Source: an uncultured Chloroflexia bacterium (GTDB lineage: Bacteria > Chloroflexota > Anaerolineae > Caldilineales > Caldilineaceae). Taken from it: a stretch of DNA of 64,000 bases. Shown in pieces: positions 18,912 to 29,353 of this stretch (its first letter is position 1; each line of letters opens with the position of its first letter). Position numbers and translations under genes: made by a program. The stretch covers positions 122,083 to 186,082 of the forward strand of contig CAVTKJ010000007.1 of NCBI GenBank assembly GCA_963735275.1. The letters are read 5' to 3'. The notes beneath the pieces are model-generated. The model searched no databases. It was given only the letters and a program-made list of their open reading frames with translations, and was not told where the DNA came from.

Positions 18912-19248
18912 TTTGTGGCCGGAATCGGGCGAAAACAGGGTCTCATTTTCGGAACGAATCTGTTACACTTGGTTCAGCCCATTACATAATCAGTGTTTGT
19001 CCGCATTACCTGCAGCCACGCCCGCACCGGAATCCTCGGTCGCGTGCCGATGCATTCGCTCCCAGCTCTCCCGCCAACGCGTCAAGTCGCTCCGCAGCGT
19101 TCCTCCGTGCTGCATTCGGTTTGCATTGCCGCGGGGACTTCTGTCAGGTACCAACGTCCATATGGAGACATCTTACACGCAAAGCCAAGCATCATACCAG
19201 CGCGACGAAGCGGCCAGAACAAACGTTTGGAGGATCCGCTGGCAGCGT

Positions 19249-20141
19249 ATGAAGCGCAGTTGGCAGTTGTATGCACTGCTGGCGCTGCCGCTTCTGTGGC
19301 TGCTTGTCTTCCAGTACTGGCCGATGTATGGGGCGCAGATTGCCTTTCGCAACTTCCTCCCCGGTGATGCGATCTGGCAGGCAGACTGGGTCGGGCTGAA
19401 GAACTTCCAGCGCTTCTTTCAGTCGCCCATGTTTATGCGGCTGATTACCAACACGCTTGTCGCTCTCGATCTATTCGCTCGTGGTAGGTTTCCCCATTCC
19501 CATCATCTTTGCCCTGAGCCTGAATCAGCTGCGCGTCGGCTACTTCAAGCAATCCGTGCAGATGGTTAGCTATGCTCCCTATTTCATTTCCACGGTCGTG
19601 CTCGTCGGGATGCTGATCCAGTTCCTTAGCCTGCGCACGGGACCATTCAATTTGCTGCTCATGCGGCTCGGACAGGACCCGATCCACTTCATGGGTCTTG
19701 CGAAGCATGTTTCGCTCGATCTATGTCTGGTCGGGCGTGTGGCAGTTTACCGGCTTCAGCACGGTCATCTATCTGGCGGCGCTCTCGACAATCGACCCAG
19801 CATTGCACGAAGCAGCGGTTGTTGATGGTGCAAACCGCATGCAGCGTATCGTCAACATCGACCTGCCCGGCATTATGCCCACCGCAGTTACGCTGTTGAT
19901 TTTGAATATCGGACAGGTTGCCAACATTGGCTTTGAGAAGATTTATCTGATGCAGAATCCTCTCAACACCTCGGTTTCCGAAGTCATCAGCACCTATGTC
20001 TACAAGGTTGGCCTCATTGGCGGCATGACCAATTACTCGTATGCAGCGGCGATCGGCCTCTTCAATTCGCTGATCGGTCTCGTCATGCTGATCGCTGCCA
20101 ACCGGCTTGCGAAGCAGCTCACGGGGAACTCGCTATGGTAA
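19249..20141 (+). CDS. Sugar ABC transporter permease (LplB/YtcP-type); frame broken twice (~19458, ~19705)
   Basis: Three ORFs in frames 1, 2 and 0 (18859..19569, 19457..19825, 19698..20141) concatenate into one permease. The pieces read MKRSWQLYALLALPLLWLLVFQYWPMYG..., then LSIYSLVVGFPIPIIFALSLNQL...YAPYFISTVVLVGML..., then IYVWSGVWQFTGFSTVIYLAALSTIDPALHEAAVVDGA (EAA loop). Confidence 0.8.
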
Positions 20142-21085
20142 GCGCAGAAAAAACGACGGACACGGTGACGGCTGCAAAGCGCAGCCCCAAGCCTAAAACG
20201 CGGATACGCGAAACCGGCGCTGACCTCACGTTCACCATTATCAATACCTCCCTGCTGATCGCCGTCTTCATCGCGGTGCTCTACCCGCTGGTCTGGGTGG
20301 TGAGCGCGTCCTTCAGCGATCCTGTTGCCGTGAGTTCGGGAAAGGTTGTACTTTGGCCAGTCGACTTCACGATCAAGGCCTACCGGACGATTTTCGGCTA
20401 CGGTCGCATCTGGAGCGGCTACATGAATTCGATCTTCTATGCCGTGGTAGGCACATTCGTAAACGTCGCCATGACCATACTGGCGGCCTACCCACTCTCC
20501 CGCATGGACTTGTTCGGCAGAAACGTCATCATGTCCCTGTTTATCTTTTCACTCATGTTCAGCGGTGGCCTTATCCCCTTCTTTCTGGTGGTGAACAAAC
20601 TGGGCATGTACAACACGCGCTGGGCGATGATCCTGCCCCAGGCGCTCTCCGTGTGGAACATGATCATTGCGATTACATTCTTCCGTACGTCGTTTCCTCC
20701 GGAACTGCTGGAAGCGGCGCAACTGGACGGATGCAACGACTTTCAGTACCTGCGCAAGATCGTCCTGCCACTTTCGGGCCCCATCATCGCCGTGCTGGCG
20801 CTCTTCTATGCAGTGGGCCACTGGAACCAGTATTTCACGGCGCTAATTTTCCTGGCCAACAAGGACCTCTTCCCCCTGCAACTGGTGCTGCGCGACATTC
20901 TGATTGCCAACACGATCGACTTGAACATGCTTGAGGATGCCAAGACGATGGCGGCCAAGGCCGGCATGCGCGATCTTCTCAAGTTCGGGTTGATCGTCGT
21001 TTCGTCGGTCCCTGTTCTGCTCCTCTATCCCTTTGTACAGAAGCACTTTGTCAAGGGGCTGATGATCGGATCGATCAAGGGATAA
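20135..21085 (+). CDS. Sugar ABC transporter permease (LplC-type)
   Basis: ORF 20135..21085; its start overlaps the upstream stop. EAA-loop-like region ELLEAAQLDGCNDFQYLRKIVLPLSGP. Six predicted TM segments. Confidence 0.9.
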   Translation: MVSAEKTTDTVTAAKRSPKPKTRIRETGADLTFTIINTSLLIAVFIAVLYPLVWVVSASFSDPVAVSSGKVVLWPVDFTIKAYRTIFGYGRIWSGYMNSIFYAVVGTFVNVAMTILAAYPLSRMDLFGRNVIMSLFIFSLMFSGGLIPFFLVVNKLGMYNTRWAMILPQALSVWNMIIAITFFRTSFPPELLEAAQLDGCNDFQYLRKIVLPLSGPIIAVLALFYAVGHWNQYFTALIFLANKDLFPLQLVLRDILIANTIDLNMLEDAKTMAAKAGMRDLLKFGLIVVSSVPVLLLYPFVQKHFVKGLMIGSIKG

Positions 21086-21341
21086 CTCCGGCGGGCGAGC
21101 GTGGCGCACCGACTGGCGCGTTGCCAGTGTCGAATCCTCCCTGATGGTTGCTTCTCCCACAGCCGCAATCATGTTTGTTAACCGACGTGGACGATTCCGA
21201 AGTCTGGCGGCAAAGGAGGTGTAGCGGAACAAATGCGCCTGCAGAACGTGTACTTGACACGCCGGCGCACAGGCAGATAACCCACCCGCGTTTTACTCAA
21301 GTCTGTGCGTGTTTTCAACCCATACATTCCGGAGGAGACTT

Positions 21342-23026
21342 ATGAAGAGTAGGCACGTGTCCAAGGTGATTGGCTTGCTGGTGATCATCTCGATCTTTCT
21401 CAGTGCGTGCGCAGCCGCAGCACCAGCGACGAACGACGCCCCCGCAGCAAGTGAAGGCGCCGCCGCTGTCGCACCCAAAGGCGAGTTTCCCATCGTTACG
21501 GATAAGGAGCAGTTGAAGATCCTGATCGGTTCGACAAACGGCGTCTCCAGTTATGAGGTGAATGATTACACGCAGTGGCTGGAGGAACAAACCGGACTCG
21601 ATCTCGTTTTTGACGTTGCTCCCTGGGCGACCTCTCCTGAAGCCAAACAGAAGCTGAATCTTGTTCTGGCGAGCGGAGAACTGCCGGACGTGATCATGAA
21701 CCTGCCCATGCCACTTGCGGATCAGCAGACTCTGGCCGACCAGGGGCTGATTATCCCCGTGGATGACCTGATTGCCGAGTACGGTGACGAGTTTGCGCAG
21801 GTGATGAGCGACATGCCGCAGATTCGAGAAGCCACCGCCCTGAGTGACGGCAAGATGTACTCACTGCCCGAGATTAACGACTGCTATCACTGCTCGTTCT
21901 CGCAAAAGGCGTGGATCTACAAGCCGTGGCTTGATGCATTGGGCCTCGAAGTGCCCACCACGACTGACGAGCTCTACACTGTGCTGAAGGCCTTCAAGGA
22001 GCAGGATCCCAACGGCAACGGTATTGCCGACGAGATTCCGTGGTCCGCTTCTGTGTCGAACGGCTGGCATCCCGAGCTCGACAGCTTCATCATGAACTCC
22101 TTTGTGCTCAACCCAATGCTGTCAAACGATCAACACATGTTTGTTGAAGACGGCAAGATCAAAGCCGCGTACGCAGAGGAAGGCTGGAAAGAGGGCATGC
22201 TCTTCCTCAACAAGCTCTATTCCGAAGGCTTGATCGATCCCGAAGCCTTTACAAACGACAATACCCAGTTGAAGGGCATTGCCGAGAACCCGGATACTCC
22301 GGTGCTGGGCTTCGTCCAGGAAGGCTGGCCGGGTATGTTCCTTGACTGGGGCGGTCCGAGCGGTCGATGGGAAGACTACGTGCCTATTGCCCCGCTGAAG
22401 GGACCGTCGGGCCTGCAGCAAACTCCCAACACGCCGTATCAGGCAATCGCCACCGGCAGGTACGTCATTACCAGCGCTGCCGCGAATCCTGCCGCGGCAT
22501 TCCGCCTGGCCGACTTGATGTACAGCTATGAGGCAACGCAGCGCAATGTATTTGGCCGCCCTGGCTTTGAGTGGGAACCATCCGCCGAAGGCGCAGAGGC
22601 GATCGATGGCGGTCAGGCCAAATACAAGGTCCTTACAACATATAACGAAGCGGAACAGGCGATCAGTTGGAACCAGGCGGCCCCGAACTATCGCTCTGTC
22701 GGATTTCCGACTTTCGCAGGAGTACAACGAGGCAGATCCGCTGGAGCGACTTCCTGTACAACTGGAGCAAGGATCTCTACGCTCCCTATGGCAAGCCCGA
22801 TGAGTTCGTTCCGCCGCTGGTCTTCACCTCGGAACAATCGCAGCGCCTGGGCGAGTTGCGGACGGCACTCAAGACTCAATCGGATCAGATGTACGCATCG
22901 TTTGTCACCGGTCAGGCGGACATCGAAGCGGGCTGGGATGCATACCTTTCCGAACTTGACACTCTTGGCCTGCAGGACTTCCTGGGCATTTACCAGGCAG
23001 CCTATGACGCGAAAACTGCCCAATAG
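21342..23026 (+). CDS. Large extracellular solute-binding lipoprotein (LplA-type) of the sugar ABC importer; frame broken near 22698 and 22747
   Basis: ATG 21342 follows GGAGGAG. Lipoprotein signal [23 protein letters not shown]. The body is in ORF 21309..23057 up to ...APNYRS. About 50 nt then read in the frame of ORF 22528..22803 ([16 protein letters not shown]). The C-terminus is in ORF 22667..23026 ([30 protein letters not shown]...). Confidence 0.8.
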
Positions 23027-23086
23027 CTTCAAGGTGCGCAGACAGCCTGTGCTTTGATCGAGAAGTGAGAGTGAAGTTCATCGTCT

Positions 23087-23134
23087 GCATGATGGAACTC
23101 TTCCCGCCTTGGGGCGGGAAGAGTTCCATCATGC
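23087..23134. repeat. Perfect 22-bp-stem hairpin (loop TTGG) between the binding-protein and fucosidase genes
   Basis: GCATGATGGAACTCTTCCCGCC (23087-23108), loop TTGG, then GGCGGGAAGAGTTCCATCATGC (23113-23134), an exact complement. No U-tract follows. Confidence 0.9.
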
Positions 23135-23169
23135 GCCCGGCAATCGCCGCGCCTGAATCGTCAAATGCA

Positions 23170-24477
23170 ATGGAATCTGGAAGCTGTCCAACGGAAACCA
23201 TCAACCAGGAAGATCGCAAGGAGCGTTTTGTGGCAGCCAAGCAAATTTCGGCGAAGGGGCTGGAGCAGTATTACGATAACCGCTTTGGCATGTTTATCCA
23301 TTGGGGTATCTATACGTTTATGGGCTACTCGGAACGCGACTATCTGGCCGAATGGGCCATGCACGGCGAAAGCATCCCCGTTGCCGAGTACGAGAAACTC
23401 GTGCCCCAGTTCAACCCGACCCAATTCGACGCCGACGAGTGGGTGAGCATTGCTGCCGACGCCGGCCAGAAGTACATGATGTTCACAACCCGCCATCATG
23501 ACGGTTTCAGCATGTATGACACGGCGCTGAGCGACTACAAAGTGACGAACACCCCCTTTGGCCGCGACCCCCTTGCCGAGCTTGCCAACGCCTGCGCGCG
23601 CCGCGGCGACATCAAGCTGGGCATGTATTCATCGGTCATGGACTGGCATCACCCCGCCTACCGCTTCCGCGAAGAGAACGGCCTGGCCTGGTCGGACTAT
23701 GTGGATTTTCTGCACGGGCAGGTGCGCGAGCTTTGCACCAACTACGGCGACGTTGCCGGCTTCTGGTTTGATGGCGACTGGCCCAACCACCCCATGGACG
23801 AGACGAATGCATATTTCCTGGGCGGCGGCAGCTTCGAGTACGAGAAGCTCTACGACATGATTCACACGCTGCAGCCTGAGGCCTACATTATGAATAATCG
23901 CCACGACAAGCCACTGCCGGGCGAGGATATTCAGGGCTTTGAGCAGGATCTGCCCGGCGAGAACAGCACCGGCTTCAATGAAACGACGATTTACGATATC
24001 GGGCTTGAAGTCTCTCAGACCATGTGTGACAACTGGGGCTATCACGCGGTGGACGACAATCACAAGTCCACCCACCGCATGCTCTCTGAACTCGTCAAGT
24101 CGGCCAGCATGAACGCAAACTACCTGCTCAATGTAGGCCCCACAGCGGATGGCCTCATCCTGCCAATTCATGTGGAGCGCCTGCGCGAAATGGGTGCGTG
24201 GCTGGACGTCTACGGCGAGTCCATCTACGGCACACGTGCGGGCAAAATTTCAAGCCCGGGCGGCTTCTCCACCAGCAGGGGCAACACGCACTATGTCTTT
24301 GCACCGCGCTACGAGGTCGACCGCATCTATCTCGATTCGCTGCCGGAGAGCGTGATGGAAGTCTCTCTGCTCAAGGATGGCTCCCGGCTGGAAATCAAGA
24401 GACGCCGTGGACGACCTTTCGTCACCGTGCCGGCCGCACTGCGCGACCCGCTGATTACTGTGCTCAAGCTGCAGTAG
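23170..24477 (+). CDS. Alpha-L-fucosidase, GH29 (copy 1)
   Basis: ORF 23065..24477. Motifs: [52 protein letters not shown]. The start is ambiguous: ATG 23170, or GTG 23230 which is preceded by AAGGAG. The ORF portion upstream of 23170 is the hairpin and is not coding. Confidence 0.85.
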   Translation: MESGSCPTETINQEDRKERFVAAKQISAKGLEQYYDNRFGMFIHWGIYTFMGYSERDYLAEWAMHGESIPVAEYEKLVPQFNPTQFDADEWVSIAADAGQKYMMFTTRHHDGFSMYDTALSDYKVTNTPFGRDPLAELANACARRGDIKLGMYSSVMDWHHPAYRFREENGLAWSDYVDFLHGQVRELCTNYGDVAGFWFDGDWPNHPMDETNAYFLGGGSFEYEKLYDMIHTLQPEAYIMNNRHDKPLPGEDIQGFEQDLPGENSTGFNETTIYDIGLEVSQTMCDNWGYHAVDDNHKSTHRMLSELVKSASMNANYLLNVGPTADGLILPIHVERLREMGAWLDVYGESIYGTRAGKISSPGGFSTSRGNTHYVFAPRYEVDRIYLDSLPESVMEVSLLKDGSRLEIKRRRGRPFVTVPAALRDPLITVLKLQ

Positions 24478-24607
24478 CTTGCGCAGCGTGTGGACTCCTG
24501 AGCGATATGCACAAGTACACACAAAATGTTACTTCTTCTGGGCTCGGTCTGCTCAATTGTTTCTGTAGGCAGACGGAGTTCGTCAAGGAGTACTCGGCGC
24601 CATGTGA

Positions 24608-25891
24608 TTGGACAGTCAACACACTGAAAGCAAGGAGAGATTTGTGGCAGCCAAACAGATTTCAGCCAAGGGGCTGGAGCAGTTCTTTGACAATCGCTTT
24701 GGGATGTTCATCCATTGGGGGCTCTATTCAATCATGGGGCGCTCGGGCCGCGAAAGCCTGGCCGAATGGGTCATGTATGGCGAAAATATCCCGGTTCCCG
24801 AGTATGAGAAGCTCGTCCCGCAGTTCAACCCCGTCAAGTTCAACGCCGACGAGTGGGTGAGCATTGCCGCCGACGCCGGCCAGAAGTACATGATCTACAC
24901 GAGCCGCCATCATGACGGCTTCAGCATGTATGACACGGCGCTGAGCGACTACAAGGTGACGAACACCCCCTTTGGCCGCGACCCCCTTGCCGAGCTTGCC
25001 AACGCCTGCGCGCGCCGCGGCGACATCAAGCTGGGCATGTATTCATCCGTCATGGACTGGCACCACCCCGCCTATCGTTTCCCCAAGGAGAGCGGCTTGC
25101 CCTGGTCCGATTACCTTGACTTTCTGCACGGGCAGGTGCGCGAGCTCTGCACCAACTACGGCGAGATTGCGGGCATCTGGTTTGACGGTGACTGGCCACA
25201 CCATGTCATCGACGAGAGCAATGCCTACTTCCTCGGCGGCGGCAGCTTCGAGTACGAGAAGCTCTACGACATGATTCACACGCTGCAGCCAGATGCCTAT
25301 GTCCACAACAATCGCCATGAAGAGCCGCTGCCCGGCGAGGACGTCCAGGGCTTTGAGCAGGATCTGCCCGGCGAGAACAGCACCGGCTTCAATGCAACGA
25401 CAATCTACGACATGCCTGTTGAAGTCTGCATGACGATCAACGACAATTGGGGCTTCCATTCGCTCGATGACAACCACAAGTCAACGCGCCGGCTTCTTAC
25501 CAATTTGATCCGTTCGGCCGGCATGAACGCAAATTACCTGCTCAACGTTGGCCCCACCGCGGAAGGAATTATTGTGCCGGCGCATGTTGAGCGCCTGCGC
25601 GAGATGGGTGAATGGCTGCGCGTCAATGGCGAGGCGATCTACGGCGCGCGCGCCGGCGCAATTGCTTCTCCTGGTGGCGTCTCCACAAGCAAAGGCGACA
25701 CGCACTATGTGCATGCGCTCCAGTACGACAGTGACCGCGTCTACTTCGAGTCACTGCCCGAGAGTGTTCACGAGGCAAGCCTGCTTGCCAATGGTGAGCC
25801 TCTCGAACTGAAGGTTTCCAAGGGGCGGCCCTTCGTGACCGTGCCGGCAGAGATGCGCGATCAGTATGCAACGGTGATTAAGCTGCAGTAG
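24608..25891 (+). CDS. Alpha-L-fucosidase, GH29 (copy 2, tandem paralogue)
   Basis: ORF 24608..25891 with a TTG start; the alternative is GTG 24644 after AAGGAG. Collinear with copy 1 and mostly identical by eye. From the GTG, both copies are exactly 1248 nt. Confidence 0.85.
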   Translation: MDSQHTESKERFVAAKQISAKGLEQFFDNRFGMFIHWGLYSIMGRSGRESLAEWVMYGENIPVPEYEKLVPQFNPVKFNADEWVSIAADAGQKYMIYTSRHHDGFSMYDTALSDYKVTNTPFGRDPLAELANACARRGDIKLGMYSSVMDWHHPAYRFPKESGLPWSDYLDFLHGQVRELCTNYGEIAGIWFDGDWPHHVIDESNAYFLGGGSFEYEKLYDMIHTLQPDAYVHNNRHEEPLPGEDVQGFEQDLPGENSTGFNATTIYDMPVEVCMTINDNWGFHSLDDNHKSTRRLLTNLIRSAGMNANYLLNVGPTAEGIIVPAHVERLREMGEWLRVNGEAIYGARAGAIASPGGVSTSKGDTHYVHALQYDSDRVYFESLPESVHEASLLANGEPLELKVSKGRPFVTVPAEMRDQYATVIKLQ

Positions 25892-25930
25892 GCAGAGACA
25901 GCCCGAGCAATTCTGTACAAAATGACAAGC

Positions 25931-25969
25931 GGGGCTGGTTGAAGCGGGTATACCGCCAAAACCAGCCCC
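25931..25969 (+). terminator. Possible terminator hairpin after the fucosidase pair
   Basis: GGGGCTGGTT (25931-25940) pairs with AACCAGCCCC (25960-25969) around a 19-nt loop, followed by CTTTCTGTC. The large loop and weak U-tract keep confidence low. Confidence 0.35.
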
Positions 25970-25976
25970 CTTTCTG

Positions 25977-26526
25977 TCGCGCAAGGACAACCAGCCTATC
26001 TTGCGTCAGGCTGTGGACGAGCATTTTGCCTTTGCGCTTGAGCGCCTGCCTGCCGATGCGCCGGTGCTGGCTGAACTGCAAACAGTCGCAGGCGACCACG
26101 GCCGCATGGACATTCGTGAATACGTCATCACGGAAGATGTAAGCTGGTTGCCTGCTGTGACGGGCAAGCCGCTTTGACCGGGTGTGCGCTCGATTGGCAT
26201 GGTGCGCTCCCTGCGCGTGGTCAACGACAGAGAGCACCTTCCCTCGCTACTAAATCACTTTGCTGCCAGCCGACGCCAAAGTGTTCGCCAACGCCGTGCG
26301 CTCGCACTGGTGTGTCGAGAACCAATTGCACTGGGTGCTTGATGTGGCCTTTGACCAGGACAATAACCACACGCGCAGCGGTCACTCCGCGTATAACCAG
26401 GCCATCCTCCAGACTATCGGCCTCAACCTGCTCAAACAAGAGCGATCCAAAAAGATCGGCATCAGGAATCGCAGACTCTGCGCCGCCTGGGACAACGCCT
26501 ATCTCGCCAAGCTGCTCTTCAACTAG
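25977..26526 (+). pseudogene. ISAs1-family (H-repeat type) transposase remnant, C-terminal half only, decayed
   Basis: My translation gives KDNQPILRQAVDEHF...HGRMDIREYVITEDVSWL...KPL-stop(TGA 26175-26177, where W is expected)-PGVRSIGMV.... A frame change follows near 26235, then TFPRY-stop(TAA 26251-26253)-ITLLPADAKVFANAVRSHWCVENQLHWVLDVAFDQD...LNLLKQE (ORF 26260..26526). The catalytic N-terminal half is missing. Confidence 0.75.
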
Positions 26527-26636
26527 ATACAATCGCCCTGCTAGTTAACCTGGAAGACCTTCTTTTGTCATCCTCTCAATCTCAAAGTTCGGGATGACTC
26601 ATGTGAAACCCTTCCTTACTCGAGGGCAACGGTGTC

Positions 26637-26687
26637 AGTCGGCTTCAGCGGACTTGAGTTGGATAGCCGTGGGCTTTGGCCCACGGC
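26637..26687 (+). repeat. Family E two-hairpin module, copy E1
   Basis: AGTCGGC-TTCA-GCGGACT (7-bp stem, one G.G mismatch), linker TGAGTTGGATA, then GCCGTGGGC-TTTG-GCCCACGGC (9-bp stem). Confidence 0.85.
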
Positions 26688-26850
26688 GGCCCCCGGCGAC
26701 CTTCCGCCACTACCGTAACAACTTGGCAATGTTCTTCAGCCGCCATACTCAAGCAGGTAGCCTGATATTCACCTACGACAGCTGAAGCAGCCGCTACAAT
26801 TCATTCGCACACCTGCAAGATGCAGCACCAAAGCCAAACCGGGATGTATT

Positions 26851-26925
26851 CCACATTTTCTACGAGCATCTCAATGCAAAGCCGCGGAGGACACAAAGTG
26901 GCGCAGAGGATACGCGGCTTTTGCT
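26851..26925. repeat. Family A element, truncated half copy b
   Basis: CCACATTTTCTACGAGCATCTCAATGCAAAGCCGCGGAGG...GCGCAGAGGA matches the left arm of copies c and d. No matching right arm follows. Confidence 0.7.
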
Positions 26926-27039
26926 TGTCCCGCTCACCGCCAAACCCTGGGAGGCCCACATTCTTGTGCACCTCGCGCCCATGCGCTAGAGCGACCGGTT
27001 TCATATCGTTTTGAGTTTAGGGCACTGCTCACCTGTGCG

Positions 27040-28245
27040 CTATGTCAGTTCTACAGCCAGCGCGGTTGCGCCGCCTAGTCCATGGCAGAGCGCGGCAATG
27101 CCGCGCTGTTTGCCTTCGTGCTGCAGGGCGTGGATGAGCGTGACGACAATGCGCGCACCCGATGCGCCGATGGGATGGCCAAGCGCAATCGCGCCGCCGT
27201 TCACATTCAGCTTCTCGTAGGGAATTCCCAGTGCGCGCCGCAGCAGCACGCTGTTCAGCGCAAATGCCTCGTTGTTCTCCACAAGATCGAAGTCGTCCAC
27301 GGCAAGTCCGGTGCGGGCTGCGAGTTTGTTGATGGCGGGGATTGGCGCCTCAACAAAGCGCCACGGCTCTCCCGCCGCCCATGCGCCGCCGAGGATGCGC
27401 GCAATCGGCTGCAGCCCCCGTTCCCTGACGGCCTGTTCGCTCGCCAGAATCAGCGCCGCGGCGCCGTCGGAGATTTGGCTTGAGTTGCCCGCAGTAAGCA
27501 GGCCGGTTTCGCTGAAGGCCGGGCGCAACGCCGCCAGTGAGTCCAGCGTCGTATCGGGGCGAATCCCTTCGTCGCGGTCCAGGTTGAGCATGCGCCCGCG
27601 CGCCGTGAAGTCGAAGGGCGCGATCTCGGCGACAAAGCGGCCCGCCGCCGTCGCCTGCGCTGCGCGCTGGTTGGAGAGCAGGGCAACTTCGTCAAGTTCG
27701 GCGCGTGTCACACCGTGCAATTGGGCAAGGCGCTCGCTCTCCTCGCCCATGAGCGCGCCGGTCTGCGGGTCGGTCAATCCGTCCACCACCAGCGCATCAC
27801 GGAGCGGCTCCGGCGTACTGTCGGTCAGCAACTTGTAGCCCCAGCGCGCGCGGGCGCTGAGTACGAAGCCCGCCTGCGACATGGACTCGATGCCCCCGGC
27901 AAGCACAATTTCCGCATCTCCGGAGCGAATGGCCATGTCGCCATTCATGATCGCCATCATCCCGCTGGAGCAGACCATATCCACGCCATAGCCATCCACC
28001 TCGGCGGGGATGTCCGCCCTGAGTGCAGCATGGCGCGGCAGGAGCTGGCCGTGCCCGTGCTTGAGCACGTTGCCCATGATGTAGAGATCGAGGTCGCTGC
28101 CGGAGATGCCGGCGCGCGCAAGTGCCGCGCGCATGACGTGCGCACCCAGGTCAACCGGCGACACGTCGCGCAGCGCGCCGCCAAAACGGCCGATCGGCGT
28201 GCGCACGGCAGCAACAACATAGGTGGCAGGCAAAGTGGCCGGCAT
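27040..28245 (-). CDS. Acetyl-CoA C-acetyltransferase (thiolase II)
   Basis: ORF 27040..28245. Motifs: [14 protein letters not shown], active-site Cys block [13 protein letters not shown]-terminal [20 protein letters not shown] and [11 protein letters not shown]. Confidence 0.9.
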   Translation of the reverse strand: MPATLPATYVVAAVRTPIGRFGGALRDVSPVDLGAHVMRAALARAGISGSDLDLYIMGNVLKHGHGQLLPRHAALRADIPAEVDGYGVDMVCSSGMMAIMNGDMAIRSGDAEIVLAGGIESMSQAGFVLSARARWGYKLLTDSTPEPLRDALVVDGLTDPQTGALMGEESERLAQLHGVTRAELDEVALLSNQRAAQATAAGRFVAEIAPFDFTARGRMLNLDRDEGIRPDTTLDSLAALRPAFSETGLLTAGNSSQISDGAAALILASEQAVRERGLQPIARILGGAWAAGEPWRFVEAPIPAINKLAARTGLAVDDFDLVENNEAFALNSVLLRRALGIPYEKLNVNGGAIALGHPIGASGARIVVTLIHALQHEGKQRGIAALCHGLGGATALAVELT

Positions 28246-28365
28246 GAGTCTCCTCCAGATATGAAGCGAGGCTTGCAGAAGTGGAGGCCTCGCTGCGCCG
28301 CGGATGTGCGCCGAATCGCGCTCTTGTGGTATAGGCTATAGCATACGCATGACGCGACACTGCCG

Positions 28366-29175
28366 ATGTTCGGAACTGCAATGAATCCAGGCGAAACTCC
28401 CGCGGTCCCGCCGGACCACCCCAGACCCGCCGTCGTCGTCCTGCTGGCCGACCTCTTCTTCGCGCCGCGTTTCAGCGACGTCATCCGCGCCATGGGCGGC
28501 GCGCCGCTCATCACCGAATCGCCCGAGGCGCTGGTTGAGGCGGTGGACTTACACTATCCCGTGCTGGCGCTTGTGGATTTGAGCACAGCGGGCGACTGGC
28601 AGGGCGCCCTACGCCGCTTGCGCCTGCGCCCGCACAGCCGCGCGCTGCCCATCTACGCCTTCGGCAGCCATGTGGATGCCGCAACGCTGCGCGCCGCGCG
28701 CCAGGCCGGCGCCGATCATGCCTGGGCGCGCTCGCGCATGATGGCAGAGTTGCCGGCGGTTGTTGCACAATCGGTCACGCCCGAAGTCATCTTCCCTGCC
28801 GGCTGGGATGCGCCGCTGAGCCCCGAGGCGCGTCTGGGCGTGGAAGCCTTCAACAAGGGTCAATTCTTCGACCAGCATGAGCATTTCGAGCATGCGTGGC
28901 TGGAAGAGACGCGCCCCGTGCGTGAGATGTACCAGGGTATTCTCCAGGTAGGCGTGGCTCTGCTTCAGATCGAGCGCGGCAACTGGGCGGGTGCGCTGAA
29001 GATGTTCCGGCGCGGGCTGCCGCGCCTGCGCACGCTGCCGCCCATTTGCCAGGGCGTGCATGTGGCCGAGCTGCGCGCGGCGGCGGAGGCAATTCATGCC
29101 GAGATCACCGCGCTTGGCCCCGAGCGCTTGAACGAGTTCCCGCGCAGCCGCTTTCCGCAGATTGTTGTGGATTAA
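28366..29175 (+). CDS. Receiver-like domain fused to a DUF309 domain
   Basis: ORF 28366..29175. The N-terminal ~130 aa has a CheY-like alternation (VVVLLADLF...VLALVDLS...IYAFGSH). The C-terminus FNKGQFFDQHEHFEHAWLEE...YQGILQVGVALLQIERGNWAGA is DUF309-like. Confidence 0.65.
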   Translation: MFGTAMNPGETPAVPPDHPRPAVVVLLADLFFAPRFSDVIRAMGGAPLITESPEALVEAVDLHYPVLALVDLSTAGDWQGALRRLRLRPHSRALPIYAFGSHVDAATLRAARQAGADHAWARSRMMAELPAVVAQSVTPEVIFPAGWDAPLSPEARLGVEAFNKGQFFDQHEHFEHAWLEETRPVREMYQGILQVGVALLQIERGNWAGALKMFRRGLPRLRTLPPICQGVHVAELRAAAEAIHAEITALGPERLNEFPRSRFPQIVVD

Positions 29176-29203
29176 TTGGCCCGCGGGAAGAATTCCAACG
29201 GCT

Positions 29204-29291
29204 GTACACGGAAGAAACGGATTCGACGGAAAAGGCAGGAAACAAGAGCGTCCTTCATGTTGTTTCCGCTTTTTCCGGAGTTTCCACGTAC
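29204..29291. repeat. Family B 88-bp palindromic element, copy B1
   Basis: GTACACGGAAGAAACGG...CGGAAAAGGCAGGAAACAAGAGCGTCCTTCATGTTGTTTCCG...TTTCCACGTAC. About 85% identical by eye to the reverse complement of 52208-52295. Confidence 0.85.
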
Positions 29292-29353
29292 AGGTCGTTC
29301 CAGAACTTTTTGCCAGTCACTTTGACCAGTCGCGGTGTTGCCGAACCGGGCTG

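Noticed and set aside
26175-26177. In-frame TGA in the transposase remnant as selenocysteine or recoding
   Set aside because: The gene also has a TAA, a frame change and a missing N-terminal half. No SECIS-like context is evident. It is a dead gene.
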